Assembly: GCA_017443585.1 (NCBI GenBank)
Contig: JAFSYV010000225.1
Coordinates: 1-60,603, forward strand
Length of the DNA stretch: 60,603 bases
From: Lentisphaeria bacterium
GTDB taxonomy: Bacteria; Verrucomicrobiota; Lentisphaeria; Victivallales; Victivallaceae
Direction: 5' to 3'
Each line of letters opens with the position of its first letter. Positions within the stretch are counted from its first letter, which is position 1. Made by a program: the position numbers and the translations under genes. A model generated the notes under the pieces. It was not told the origin of the DNA. It worked only from the letters and a program-made list of their open reading frames with translations, and made no database searches. Positions 15,643 to 24,570 of this stretch are shown in pieces.

Positions 15643-18132
15643 TCAGAACTCCAGCGTACCGATGGAAGTGTACCGGTGCCGCCAGGTCAGCAGATTGAGG
15701 TTGTACTCCCAGGTGTAGACGTACTTCTTGAAGTGGAAGTTGAAGTCGATGAACCGCTTTTCGCCGGATTTCGCCGGGCCGCCGAAAAGGGCCAGCGGGA
15801 TGGTAAATGTCGAGACGGCGGGTTCGCCGGGCTTGGCCGTGAAGGTGCAGGTGACGGGGTATTTTTTCGCCAGGTCGGGGGCGTTTTCCCACTTGTCGTC
15901 GTAGTCGTTGCCCTCCTGGACCTTCGTGCGGCGGGCGATGGCGGCCCGGCCGCCGAAGGCGCTGACCCAGATCCGGTAGCGGGGAGAAGCGGCGTCCTTC
16001 TGGAGCCTGATCCAGACGGTGCCCCGTTTGACGTCGGTTTCCAGATTGTCGTAGCGCATTTCGGCGATGAGGTTTTCACCCTCCACCCGGCACCGGACGA
16101 AGACCGGATGCTCGTTGATGTAGGTGTTTTTGCTGTCGCCGAAGACGTCGATCATCTGCTGCCACGCGGGATCCCCCGCCTTCATGACCCGCCCCGAGGG
16201 CCGCATCTTGCGGGCGAGGTAGTACTCCACATCCCAGTTGAAGGGGGCCTTGAGGGGCGCGCCGAGACGGCCGTTTTCCATGGCCGTGTCGAAGGGGACG
16301 TGGCCCAGGGTGAAGAAGTGGCCCTTGCCCCTCATGTATTTCTTCCCGCCCGCATTATAGGTAGGGAGGGCGCGGAGGAAATTCCGGCGGGCGATGATGA
16401 TCTTCGCCAGCGTTTCGAACTCCTTCTGGCCGGGATTCTTGTGGTAGGCGTAGAAGGCGTTGCAGCCGCCCGCGGTGAGCTTCAAGTAGTCCGTTTCCAG
16501 CCGCACCCGTTCCAGCAGGACTTTGCCTCTGGTGGCGCTCTTTTCGGCCTGTTTCAGGAGCGAATCCAGCTCGTTAAGCACCTCCGTCGGGTAGCGGCGG
16601 TGGAGCAGCGCCACGTTGGAAGCGAAGACGCTCTTGCTCTTCGCCTGCGGACCGGAGAGCGTGTAATCCTCCTTGACGGCGCCCGATTGGTCGATGCGGG
16701 AGTAGAGGAGCGTGTAGTATTTTTCCATGAAGGGCGCGGCTTCGGGGCCGAAACACTTCAGACAGAAGCTCTTGAGGAAGGCTTCAGGCGCGGTCTTGTC
16801 GCCGCCGAGGGCCCGGAGATAGTAGGTGACGACGGGGGTGTTCATGCCGGGAAGTTCGGTGAGTCCGCAGAAGTAGCAGGCGTTGATGCCGTACTTCCGG
16901 AACATGGCGGTCTGCGCCTGCGCCTGCTTCAACGAAAAGGTGGGGGTCAGCCCTTCCGTGTGGTATTCGCCCCAGTTGTAGAGGTAGACGTCGAAGCGGC
17001 CGGGGACCTTGACGGCGTCCCACTGCTTGAGGTAGGCTTCGTTGAGTCTCTGCCCCGCGGCCAGCGTGACGGAAACGTTGGCGGGAAACTCCTTCGTGAA
17101 CTTGGGCGGGTAGACCGTGGGGCCGTAGGCGATGATCCGCACCGTCTTGCCGGGGCGGTCCTTGAGGAGACGCTTCGCCATATCGAGGTGCAGTTTCCAC
17201 AACACTTCGCCCGGACCGGGCTTGAAGAACTCCCTGCACTTGTCGCAGGCGCAGACCCGGAACCCGTCGGTCTGGGCCAGCTGGGTCTCTTTCACGCCGG
17301 GCAGGCTGAGGGAGTGGAGCACTTCCTCATAGATCAGCTTCTGCACTTCGGGGTTGGAAAGGCAGAACTGGGGGATGTGGTAGCCGTCCCGCTTGCCGCC
17401 GACGATGGCGAAGTACTCCGGATGGGTCTTCGAGTACTTGGCCCGGGGAATGGCCGGGATGTGGGAGTGGCCCCCGTGGCAGCGGTACCAGGGCGCGGGC
17501 AGCATGTCGTTGGCCATGGCGTAGTACTGTTCGAGGCTCCGGCCGATGCCGAAGCGGGTGTAGGGCACGGCGGTGACGTTCAGATCGTCGGGGACGGTCA
17601 ACGAGCCGTTCTTGGGAACGAAAATGCCCTCCCTGCCGGGGAAGAGGAAGTCCGCTTCCACGAACTTCTTGGCGAATTCGATGACCGCCTTCACCGAGCC
17701 CAGACGCAGCCGGTGATTGCCCGACTTTTTGGCGGGCTCGGGGTCGTCGTCATCGCCCAGAAGGAAAATGTCGCCCTTGTCGGCCTTCATCCGGTACTCG
17801 TTGAGGGCCCAGCTCTCCTTTCCCCCGTTCCGGGCCTTCGCGGCGGTGCCGGGCCCCACGTAGATGGCCTTGGCTCCGGGTTTGACGGACTTTTCCGGCA
17901 CGAAGGGGACGGTCACGCCGGTGCGCAGCTTGATCAGGTCCTTGAGCAGCGCCGCCGCGGAGCGGTACTGGTAGGCCAGATTCTGGGAGGCGCTTTCGGC
18001 GAAAGCGATGACGTAAGGGCTCTTGCCCCCCTTGACGATCTCGAGGTCGGCTCCGCCGAGAGCTGAGAGCGCCGCGGCCAGAAGGAGCAGGGAAACCGTT
18101 TTCACTGCCGGGAAGCGGGAGAGTTTGCTCAT
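15643..18132 (-). CDS. secreted DUF4838-like protein (paralog)
   Basis: I use the ATG at 18132 (MSKLSRFPAVKTVSLLLLAAALSALG, signal-like) with a GAAAGGAAAG RBS rather than the ORF-track start at 18255. Blocks KTHPEYFAIVGGKR and CACDKCREF. Confidence 0.82.
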   Translation of the reverse strand: MSKLSRFPAVKTVSLLLLAAALSALGGADLEIVKGGKSPYVIAFAESASQNLAYQYRSAAALLKDLIKLRTGVTVPFVPEKSVKPGAKAIYVGPGTAAKARNGGKESWALNEYRMKADKGDIFLLGDDDDPEPAKKSGNHRLRLGSVKAVIEFAKKFVEADFLFPGREGIFVPKNGSLTVPDDLNVTAVPYTRFGIGRSLEQYYAMANDMLPAPWYRCHGGHSHIPAIPRAKYSKTHPEYFAIVGGKRDGYHIPQFCLSNPEVQKLIYEEVLHSLSLPGVKETQLAQTDGFRVCACDKCREFFKPGPGEVLWKLHLDMAKRLLKDRPGKTVRIIAYGPTVYPPKFTKEFPANVSVTLAAGQRLNEAYLKQWDAVKVPGRFDVYLYNWGEYHTEGLTPTFSLKQAQAQTAMFRKYGINACYFCGLTELPGMNTPVVTYYLRALGGDKTAPEAFLKSFCLKCFGPEAAPFMEKYYTLLYSRIDQSGAVKEDYTLSGPQAKSKSVFASNVALLHRRYPTEVLNELDSLLKQAEKSATRGKVLLERVRLETDYLKLTAGGCNAFYAYHKNPGQKEFETLAKIIIARRNFLRALPTYNAGGKKYMRGKGHFFTLGHVPFDTAMENGRLGAPLKAPFNWDVEYYLARKMRPSGRVMKAGDPAWQQMIDVFGDSKNTYINEHPVFVRCRVEGENLIAEMRYDNLETDVKRGTVWIRLQKDAASPRYRIWVSAFGGRAAIARRTKVQEGNDYDDKWENAPDLAKKYPVTCTFTAKPGEPAVSTFTIPLALFGGPAKSGEKRFIDFNFHFKKYVYTWEYNLNLLTWRHRYTSIGTLEF

Positions 18133-18242
18133 TTTTTCTTTCCTTTCGATTTCTGTTGTGGACCGTATCATCGAAAAATCCGAACTGATTTTTTTGTCCG
18201 GAGTATAAGATACACCCGAAAGTCCCGACTTGCAAATCGATG

Positions 18243-18965
18243 TTACAATTTGCACCAGAAGGACCAGTCGGCCAGATGGAACGCGGGTTCCGCGTAGACT
18301 CTTGTACCCACATTGCCCCCCACGTAGAGGACGTTCACTTGATTGTTGTGGCGGAAAACGGGCCAGCAGCCGTTGGTCTCGTTTCCGTAATAGGCGGGGA
18401 CGTTGTAGTGGCAGTTGTAGGCCAGTCCCTGGATGTCGATGAACAGCATGGTCCCGGAGGGATTGCGGAAGAGCGCAAGCTTCTGCGCCTTGGGATTGGT
18501 GAAATAATAGGCGTTGAGATAGGCGTTATGTCCGTAGGAAACCACCCGTTTCTGAGCGGAGTTTTCCCAGTTTTTCGGCAGTTCCATGGAGGGGCAGGCG
18601 TAGCGGTCGGTGACGAGCTTGCCTTTGCCGTCGATCTCCCAGCCGCTGACCATGCCCGCTCCGGTGGTCTTGTAGCTCATGTAGGGGGCGATGAGGCCGC
18701 TGGTGGTGTTTCCGTAGTACCAGATCCGGCGGCCCGAGCTGTTGGTGGGAGAGTTCTGGAAGGGCACCACGCAGCCGTTGTTGTCGGCCGCATACATGGC
18801 GTTGGCCTTCCCGAACTGGGAAAGATTGTTGAGGCACTGGGTCGCTTTGGCCCGGTTCCGTGCCTGCTGCAAGGCGGGCAGCAGCATCGAGGCGAGAATG
18901 GCGATGATGGCGATGACGACCAGCAGTTCGATCAGCGTGAAGGCACGCCGTTTGTCGTTTTTCAT
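18243..18965 (-). CDS. prepilin-type N-terminal cleavage/methylation domain protein, DUF1559-like
   Basis: Start at [36 protein letters not shown] (ATG at 18965). First gene behind the promoter at 19018-19046. Confidence 0.9.
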   Translation of the reverse strand: MKNDKRRAFTLIELLVVIAIIAILASMLLPALQQARNRAKATQCLNNLSQFGKANAMYAADNNGCVVPFQNSPTNSSGRRIWYYGNTTSGLIAPYMSYKTTGAGMVSGWEIDGKGKLVTDRYACPSMELPKNWENSAQKRVVSYGHNAYLNAYYFTNPKAQKLALFRNPSGTMLFIDIQGLAYNCHYNVPAYYGNETNGCWPVFRHNNQVNVLYVGGNVGTRVYAEPAFHLADWSFWCKL

Positions 18966-19017
18966 AAGAGAGATCTTCCTTTTCTGAACTTTTCCCGGCA
19001 AAACCTGCCGATTTCAT

Positions 19018-19046
19018 AACTTAGCACCGCTGAGCGGAAATTTCAA
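19018..19046 (-). promoter_or_regulatory. sigma70-type promoter of the DUF1559 / DUF4838 / DUF4838 operon
   Basis: Minus strand reads TTGAAA, 17 nt, TAAGTT, preceded by GTGC. Confidence 0.55.
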
Positions 19047-19101
19047 TGGCGAAAGGCCTTCCGGCGGCAAAAATCCCGCACAAAAGAGCCTTCCATGCCG
19101 T

Positions 19102-21954
19102 TCAGGGGAGTTCTTCGAGGCGGACCTCGTCGTACCAGACCTTGCCCTTGGCCTTCCAAATCCACAGCCCGAGGGTGGCCGGAACGCCCTCCTTGCCCGT
19201 TTCCGGGGGCGCGGTGAATTCGAAGCTGAGTCGGTGCCACGGATTGGTTCCCGTGAGCCGGACCTTGGGCAGGGGCAGCCCGCTCCGGCCTTCGTTGAAG
19301 AAATAGATCCACGCTCCGGCGCCGATGGTCCCCTTGACCCCTTCGGTCTTGACGAAGAAACTCAGACGGTATTTTCTGTTCGGCTTCATGGCGGGCACCG
19401 CGCAGCTGACCGCGCCGTTTTTTGTGCCGTCCGCGTCGATGCGGAGACTTCTGCCGCCGGAAATGAAGCACCTTTCGTCGTGGACGAAGGCGATCCCCTG
19501 CTTGGACCAGTACCGCCAGTTTTCCGGCTTGCCCGATTTGGCGTCGATCTTTTCGAAGTTGCCGTTGGGGATCAGGGGCACGGGGGCCGGGTCGAAACTG
19601 ATCTTCCCCCAGCTGTCGATCGCGTGGAACCCGCCCCGGCGGGTCCCTGCGAAAAGGCTCCACATGGAATAGGGATTCTTCAGCTGCTCCGTGGCGAGCA
19701 CCCGGTTGCGGCAGAAGTTGGCGGGGAAGCCGCCCGGAGCGAGCGGTCCCAGGGACTTGAGAGGGATCGTAACTTCGGCCCACCAGAAGTCCTTTTCTTT
19801 TCCTGCCTTTGCCGTCGCGCCGGAGTTCCAGCTGAAATCGGTCTGGGCATTGATCCGGCAGCGGCCGTCGGTCAGGGCCCCGTTGGCGTTGACGCCGAAC
19901 TGGAAGTAGTTCTTCCGGTCTCCGGAAGGATTGAGCAGGATCTCGAAAGCCGAATCCCGGAAAATGGCGATATCCCCGTTTTTCGCGCAGGCCGCGGCCA
20001 GCTCCTTCATGCGGGGCTCTTCGCACTCCGCCCGGACGATGAGGCAGTTGTTTTCCTTCCGGAGCGTGACCTTGGTGTTGACCTCATTGGTGTCTCCCGC
20101 GAAGGAGCGGAGCCACACCGTGCCGGGCACGCGGGCGATCCAGAAGTCCATGCCCCGCTGGAGCTCCCTGTTCTTTTCCGCCACACGGGCGATGGCGCCC
20201 AGGAGCTCTTTGCGGATGTAGTTCAGCCGGGATGCGGCTCCCTTGTCGTTTCCCGCGGCGGCGAGAGCCTTGTCGAAGAGATCGTTGTAGTACTTCATCT
20301 TGGCCGGGGAGTAGATCTTTTCCCAGATCTCACGGGTGGAGGGGACTTTCGTCACGGGGCCCAGATCGGTCTCCACCGTGTTGCCCAGGATCTTTTCGGT
20401 CCAGTTCTTTTCCAGATCGGCGTAGAACTCCGCCATGAAGGGGGCTCCCGTGCCGAACATGACCCGGAAATGATCGGCGAGCAAGTCCTCCACATCGAGG
20501 GAGCTGTCCCACATGAGACGCATGACGACGTAGTAGTTGAGGTAGTTGAAGAGGAAGGCGTCGGTTTCCGATTCGAAGTAGACGCCGTCCAGATATTTCG
20601 CATTGGTTTTGATGAAGTTCGCCGCGTGGCGGGGCATCATGGCCGGCACGCCGGGGATGACCTTGTTCATGTGCTTGCCCATGGCGTAAGTCCACGCCGA
20701 GACCTTGTTTCCGGTCTTTTCGTACCACATCTTCAGCCGCTCGGTGTCGGTCCGGTCGTTCCTGCCCGTGCCGCCAAGTCCGGTGACGGCCACCTGGACG
20801 AGCAGCTCCTTCGGCAGAGGGAAACTCGGCGGGATGTTGTAGGGCATGTAGGCCATGGTGGCCACCCGCGGCTTGAATCCCGCCGCGGTCAGGCGCCGGC
20901 AGACTTCGGCGTAGAAGCTGAACATGAACTCGCTGATGGCCCGGCGGGGGCCTTCGTCCCGGATGGAGCCCTTGCCGTCCCAGACTTTTTTGCACTTCTC
21001 ACAGCGGCACCAGACCATGCCGTCCTGCGGCATGATGCCGAAGAGGTCGCGCCAGGCGGTCTGGGCGGGCCACCGCTTCAGGCCCCGTGACGAGGGCTCC
21101 TTGCCGGAGTAATAGGCGATGGCGTCCTGAATGATCACCTCGCGGACGCCGCTCGAGAAACAGAGCTGCCCCGGATGGCGCTGTTTGGGGTCGCAGTACC
21201 GCTGACCGTTTTCCATCAACGCGAAGTATTCGGGGTGGGTCTTCGCGAAGCGGCGGATCAGGTCGAGGCCGTTGAGGCCGTGGCCGAAGGGATAGCGGCT
21301 TTCCGGCTCCCGGAGTTTCGGCAGCAGGTCCCGGCGGAGCGTCTGGACGTTGTATTTGGCGTAAAGGGCCTCATTGGCCCGGCCGTAAAGCGAAAAACGG
21401 CGGAAGAACATGTCGGGAGCTTCCGTCACGTCGATGACGGGGGGAAGGCTGAGGGCGCCTCTGGCGGGGACGACGGTGCCGAAGGGGCCGGAAAAGAAGA
21501 ATCTCGCTCCGGCAAAACGTTCGAGAAAATCGTAGACCCCCGTCAGGGTGGCCCGTGGATAGAAGACGTTGACGCCGGGCTTGGCGGGGGTCTCCGTGTC
21601 GGAGTCCCGGCCCGCGATGAAGAGCACGTTTCCCGCCCGGCGCAGATAAAAACCCTCGGGCGGGAGCTTGTTCACGTCCAGCCCCGCCTTGCGGGCGAAT
21701 TCCCCGTCGCCCAGCACCACGGTGAAATACCCCGGCGCGGGGGCGGAAACGATCGCGGGCTTCCGCCCCATGGCCTGCCCGAGAAAGGTCTGAAGCTCCT
21801 TCGCCGCGTAGGCCACCACGGGCTTTCCGTTGGCCTTGACGATGGCGATCTCCGTGATTTTTTCCGGCGTCCCGGAAATGCGGACGCTCCGGCCCGCGGC
21901 GGCTGCCGTCAGGGCGCCGCACAGAAGGACAAGTGTGCAGATCGTGTGTTTCAT
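19102..21954 (-). CDS. secreted DUF4838-like protein with CBM9-like and galactose-binding-like C-terminal domains (paralog)
   Basis: ATG at 21954 (MKHTICTLVLLCGALTAAAA, signal-like). Blocks KTHPEYFALMENGQR and CRCEKCKKVW. The C-terminal NGNFEK...W...YDEVRLEE resembles CBM4_9-type modules. Confidence 0.82.
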   Translation of the reverse strand: MKHTICTLVLLCGALTAAAAGRSVRISGTPEKITEIAIVKANGKPVVAYAAKELQTFLGQAMGRKPAIVSAPAPGYFTVVLGDGEFARKAGLDVNKLPPEGFYLRRAGNVLFIAGRDSDTETPAKPGVNVFYPRATLTGVYDFLERFAGARFFFSGPFGTVVPARGALSLPPVIDVTEAPDMFFRRFSLYGRANEALYAKYNVQTLRRDLLPKLREPESRYPFGHGLNGLDLIRRFAKTHPEYFALMENGQRYCDPKQRHPGQLCFSSGVREVIIQDAIAYYSGKEPSSRGLKRWPAQTAWRDLFGIMPQDGMVWCRCEKCKKVWDGKGSIRDEGPRRAISEFMFSFYAEVCRRLTAAGFKPRVATMAYMPYNIPPSFPLPKELLVQVAVTGLGGTGRNDRTDTERLKMWYEKTGNKVSAWTYAMGKHMNKVIPGVPAMMPRHAANFIKTNAKYLDGVYFESETDAFLFNYLNYYVVMRLMWDSSLDVEDLLADHFRVMFGTGAPFMAEFYADLEKNWTEKILGNTVETDLGPVTKVPSTREIWEKIYSPAKMKYYNDLFDKALAAAGNDKGAASRLNYIRKELLGAIARVAEKNRELQRGMDFWIARVPGTVWLRSFAGDTNEVNTKVTLRKENNCLIVRAECEEPRMKELAAACAKNGDIAIFRDSAFEILLNPSGDRKNYFQFGVNANGALTDGRCRINAQTDFSWNSGATAKAGKEKDFWWAEVTIPLKSLGPLAPGGFPANFCRNRVLATEQLKNPYSMWSLFAGTRRGGFHAIDSWGKISFDPAPVPLIPNGNFEKIDAKSGKPENWRYWSKQGIAFVHDERCFISGGRSLRIDADGTKNGAVSCAVPAMKPNRKYRLSFFVKTEGVKGTIGAGAWIYFFNEGRSGLPLPKVRLTGTNPWHRLSFEFTAPPETGKEGVPATLGLWIWKAKGKVWYDEVRLEELP

Positions 21955-22043
21955 GAGAATCGGTCCTCTTTTGTTTTCACCTTGAAAATCCCGTTCCGGC
22001 GGCCTGTTGTTTCTTTCCGCCGGGTTTTGTTTTCGCGGAAAAT

Positions 22044-22072
22044 AATATAACACCTGTCGAAGCGATATGCAA
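22044..22072 (-). promoter_or_regulatory. sigma70-type promoter of the 19102-21954 gene
   Basis: Minus strand reads TTGCAT, 17 nt, TATATT. Confidence 0.6.
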
Positions 22073-22115
22073 TGTGAGGCGCGGGAAAACTCCGGAAAAT
22101 CCTCCCTTTTTCCTC

Positions 22116-22144
22116 TTGAATTATGTCCCCGAAAGAACTATATT
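22116..22144 (+). promoter_or_regulatory. sigma70-type promoter of the FTR-like/trxA/amidohydrolase operon
   Basis: TTGAAT, 17 nt, TATATT. Confidence 0.6.
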
Positions 22145-22216
22145 ATCAAAGGAGACCTTTTCCCCTGTCTCGGGAAAGGGAGTTCCGTTTTCACCAACCT
22201 TGAAGGAGGACCCGAC

Positions 22217-22426
22217 ATGGACCTGCCGAAAAACGTGCGGCTCAACGAAGATGCCGAATATGTGCGGAAACTGCGGAACGTCATGGCCAAAAACGGCGGC
22301 TATTGCCCCTGCCGGCTTCAGCATACTCCGGAAAACCTGTGCATGTGCAAGGAGTTCCGGGACCAGCTGGCCGACCCCGCTTTCACCGGATTCTGTCACT
22401 GCAAACTTTACTATAAGGAGAAATGA
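22217..22426 (+). CDS. ferredoxin-thioredoxin-reductase catalytic-subunit-like mini protein
   Basis: 69 aa starting at the ATG with a GAAGGAGGA RBS. Cys pattern GYCPCRLQHTPENLCMCKEF...FCHCKLYY (CPC..CxC..CHC) as in FTR catalytic chains. Confidence 0.72.
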   Translation: MDLPKNVRLNEDAEYVRKLRNVMAKNGGYCPCRLQHTPENLCMCKEFRDQLADPAFTGFCHCKLYYKEK

Positions 22427-22429
22427 ATC

Positions 22430-22747
22430 ATGGGCGTGCTTCACCTCAACAAAGCCTCTTTCGACCAGCTGGTTGCTCAGACCGAAAAGCCGGTCCTCAT
22501 CGACTTCTGGGCCACCTGGTGCGGCCCCTGCCAGAAACTGACGCCGGAGCTCGAAAAGCTGGCGGAGGAACATCCGGAACTTATCGTGGGCAAGGTCAAC
22601 GTGGAAGACGCCGAAAACGTGCAGATCGCCGCGGGTCTCGGCGTCAACGCCATTCCGGCCCTCTTCTTCTACCGCAACGGCAAGCTCGAAAAGCAGCTGG
22701 TGGGCTTCATGACCAAGGACCAGCTGGCAGCTCAGCTGGGACTGTGA
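22430..22747 (+). CDS. trxA: thioredoxin
   Basis: 105 aa. FWATWCGPCQ active site. Typical length. Confidence 0.95.
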   Translation: MGVLHLNKASFDQLVAQTEKPVLIDFWATWCGPCQKLTPELEKLAEEHPELIVGKVNVEDAENVQIAAGLGVNAIPALFFYRNGKLEKQLVGFMTKDQLAAQLGL

Positions 22748-22766
22748 CGGGAAGGGAGGCGGGATC

Positions 22767-23915
22767 GTGAAAAAGAGCGGAGAATTCTGGCTGGTCAACG
22801 GGATCGTTCACGATGCGGTCCATAAGCGTCCCCTTAAGGCGGACATCCTGGTGCGGCGGGGCAAGATCGCCGCCATCGGGAAATGCACCGGCACGAAGGT
22901 CGTGGACTTGAACGGACTGCAGGTGTTTCCCGGACTGGTGGAGGCTCACTGCCATCTGGGCCTCGATGGCTGGAGCAACCGTTACGACGGCAAGGACTAC
23001 AACGAACGGAACGAGTGCGTCACTCCCGAACTCAACGCCGTGGACGGCATCAACCCCTTCGACGAGACGCTGCGTCACGCGCTGGAGGGCGGCGTCACCT
23101 GCGTGGGCACGGGCCCCGGCAGCTCCAACGTGGTGGGTGGCACCTTCACCGCCATCAAGACCTTCGGCACCCGGGTGGACGACATGATCGTCCGCGAAAA
23201 GGTGGCCATGAAGTGCGCTTTCGGCGAAAATCCCAAGAACTGCTATCAGAGCAAGTCCATTTCCAGCCGAATGACCACGGCGGCGAAGCTCCGGGAGCTG
23301 CTTTTCAAGGCACGGGAGTACATGGAAAAATTGGATGCGGCGGGCAAGGACGCTTCCAAGCGGCCCGACTTCAACTTCCGGCTTCACGCCATGCTGCCCG
23401 TCCTGCGGGGTGAAATTCCCCTCAAGGCCCACGCCCATCAGGCCAACGACCTCTTCACCGCCATCCGGATCGCCAGGGAGTTCGGCGTGAGGCTCACCCT
23501 TGAACACTGTACCGAAGGGCACCTCATCGCGGAGGCGCTGGCGAAAGAGAATATTCCCCTCGCCGTGGGCCCCTCCCTGACTCACTCCGGCAAGCCGGAA
23601 ATGCGGAACAAGAGTTTCGCCACGGCGGGGATTCTGGACCGGGCCGGGTGTCAGGTCTCCATCATCACCGACTCCGCGGTGATTCCTCAGGAGCATCTGG
23701 GGCTCTGCGCGGGCCTCGCCGTCCGGGCGGGGATGGATCCATTTTCGGCCCTGCAGGCCATAACGATCCGGCCCGCCCGGCACCTGGGCATCGAAAAGAG
23801 AGTCGGCTCCATCGAAGTGGGCAAGGACGCCGACTTCGCCATCTGCGACGGCTCCATCCTCGACAGTTCCACCAAGGTCTGCATGGTCTTCGTCGACGGC
23901 GAACAAGTGGTCTGA
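22767..23915 (+). CDS. amidohydrolase-family protein (imidazolonepropionase/dihydroorotase-like fold)
   Basis: 382 aa. GTG start with GGGAGG RBS. Contains GLVEAHCHLGL (HxH motif) and a late-sequence DADF motif. Confidence 0.82.
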   Translation: MKKSGEFWLVNGIVHDAVHKRPLKADILVRRGKIAAIGKCTGTKVVDLNGLQVFPGLVEAHCHLGLDGWSNRYDGKDYNERNECVTPELNAVDGINPFDETLRHALEGGVTCVGTGPGSSNVVGGTFTAIKTFGTRVDDMIVREKVAMKCAFGENPKNCYQSKSISSRMTTAAKLRELLFKAREYMEKLDAAGKDASKRPDFNFRLHAMLPVLRGEIPLKAHAHQANDLFTAIRIAREFGVRLTLEHCTEGHLIAEALAKENIPLAVGPSLTHSGKPEMRNKSFATAGILDRAGCQVSIITDSAVIPQEHLGLCAGLAVRAGMDPFSALQAITIRPARHLGIEKRVGSIEVGKDADFAICDGSILDSSTKVCMVFVDGEQVV

Positions 23916-24268
23916 GGCGAACGTCGGCCATCCCCAAAAAATGCCCTTCGGCGGCGTTTGAGCCGCCTCACCCCGGCTGACGCCGGGGCTTCGGGGCATT
24001 TTCCGGGGGCCCCGCTCTCAAGTCGTTGCGGACCGACACGGACGAACACGGGCGAACACGGACGATCGCCCGGCAACTTGCGGCGAACGCCACCGCAGGG
24101 GCCTTGTGCGCTTACACACCTCGGCCTATCAGGCCTATTCGGTCAATCGCCGCAGACGCCCGTTTCGCGGCCCATACACTCCCGCAAACCAGCGTCCGTG
24201 TCAGTCCGTGTCGGTCTGTGTTTGTCCGTGTTCTCCCCCCCCACGCAAAAAACGTTGCGGCCCGCTTG
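23916..24268. repeat. composite palindromic intergenic element, copy C (inverted relative to A and B), carrying inverted arrays of a 10-bp tandem repeat
   Basis: Ends GGCGAACGTCGGCC (23916-) and AACGTTGCGGCCC (-24268) resemble the arms of A and B. The block CATCCCCAAAAAATGCCC...GGGGCATTTTCCGGGGGCCCCGCTCTCAAG matches the reverse complement of the insertion inside copy B. Tandem array GACCGACACG GACGAACACG GGCGAACACG GACG at 24031-24064 faces its reverse complement (4 x GTCCGTGTNN) at 24194-24233. Confidence 0.75.
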
Positions 24269-24386
24269 TAAAAACCGAGCGGAAACGGCATTTTTTTCTC
24301 AAAACGGTGTAGATTCTTCCCGGATTCCCGCGTTCTTGCCGGTGGAGCACGAGGGCTCCGGGAAAAAACACAAAAAGGAGGAAATC

Positions 24387-24524
24387 ATGTACATCGACGG
24401 AGGAACGGGAAGCATGGCGCTGCAGGCGGCTGCGGCAGTTTTTTTCACCGCGGCGGTTTTCTGCCGTCAGATCTTCACCTGGTGCCGGGGACATCTCCGC
24501 GCCGACGGCACGGAGGGTCGGTGA
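24387..24524 (+). CDS. small (45 aa) predicted membrane peptide
   Basis: Strong RBS AAGGAGGAAATC before the ATG. Sequence MYIDGGTGSMALQAAAAVFFTAAVFCRQIFTWCRGHLRADGTEGR has one hydrophobic helix. The rest of ORF 23958..24524 is Arg/Pro-rich and overlaps the repeat element, so I do not consider it coding. Confidence 0.45.
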   Translation: MYIDGGTGSMALQAAAAVFFTAAVFCRQIFTWCRGHLRADGTEGR

Positions 24525-24570
24525 CGCGGAGTTGCGGACAGTGATTCAGTGGAGAGGGGGAGAAAGCGTC

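Noticed and set aside
23958-24524. A 188-aa ORF spanning the repeat element C.
   Set aside because: The first approx. 140 codons are Arg/Pro/Ser-rich and coincide with palindromic and tandem repeat DNA. Only the last 45 codons follow a strong RBS.
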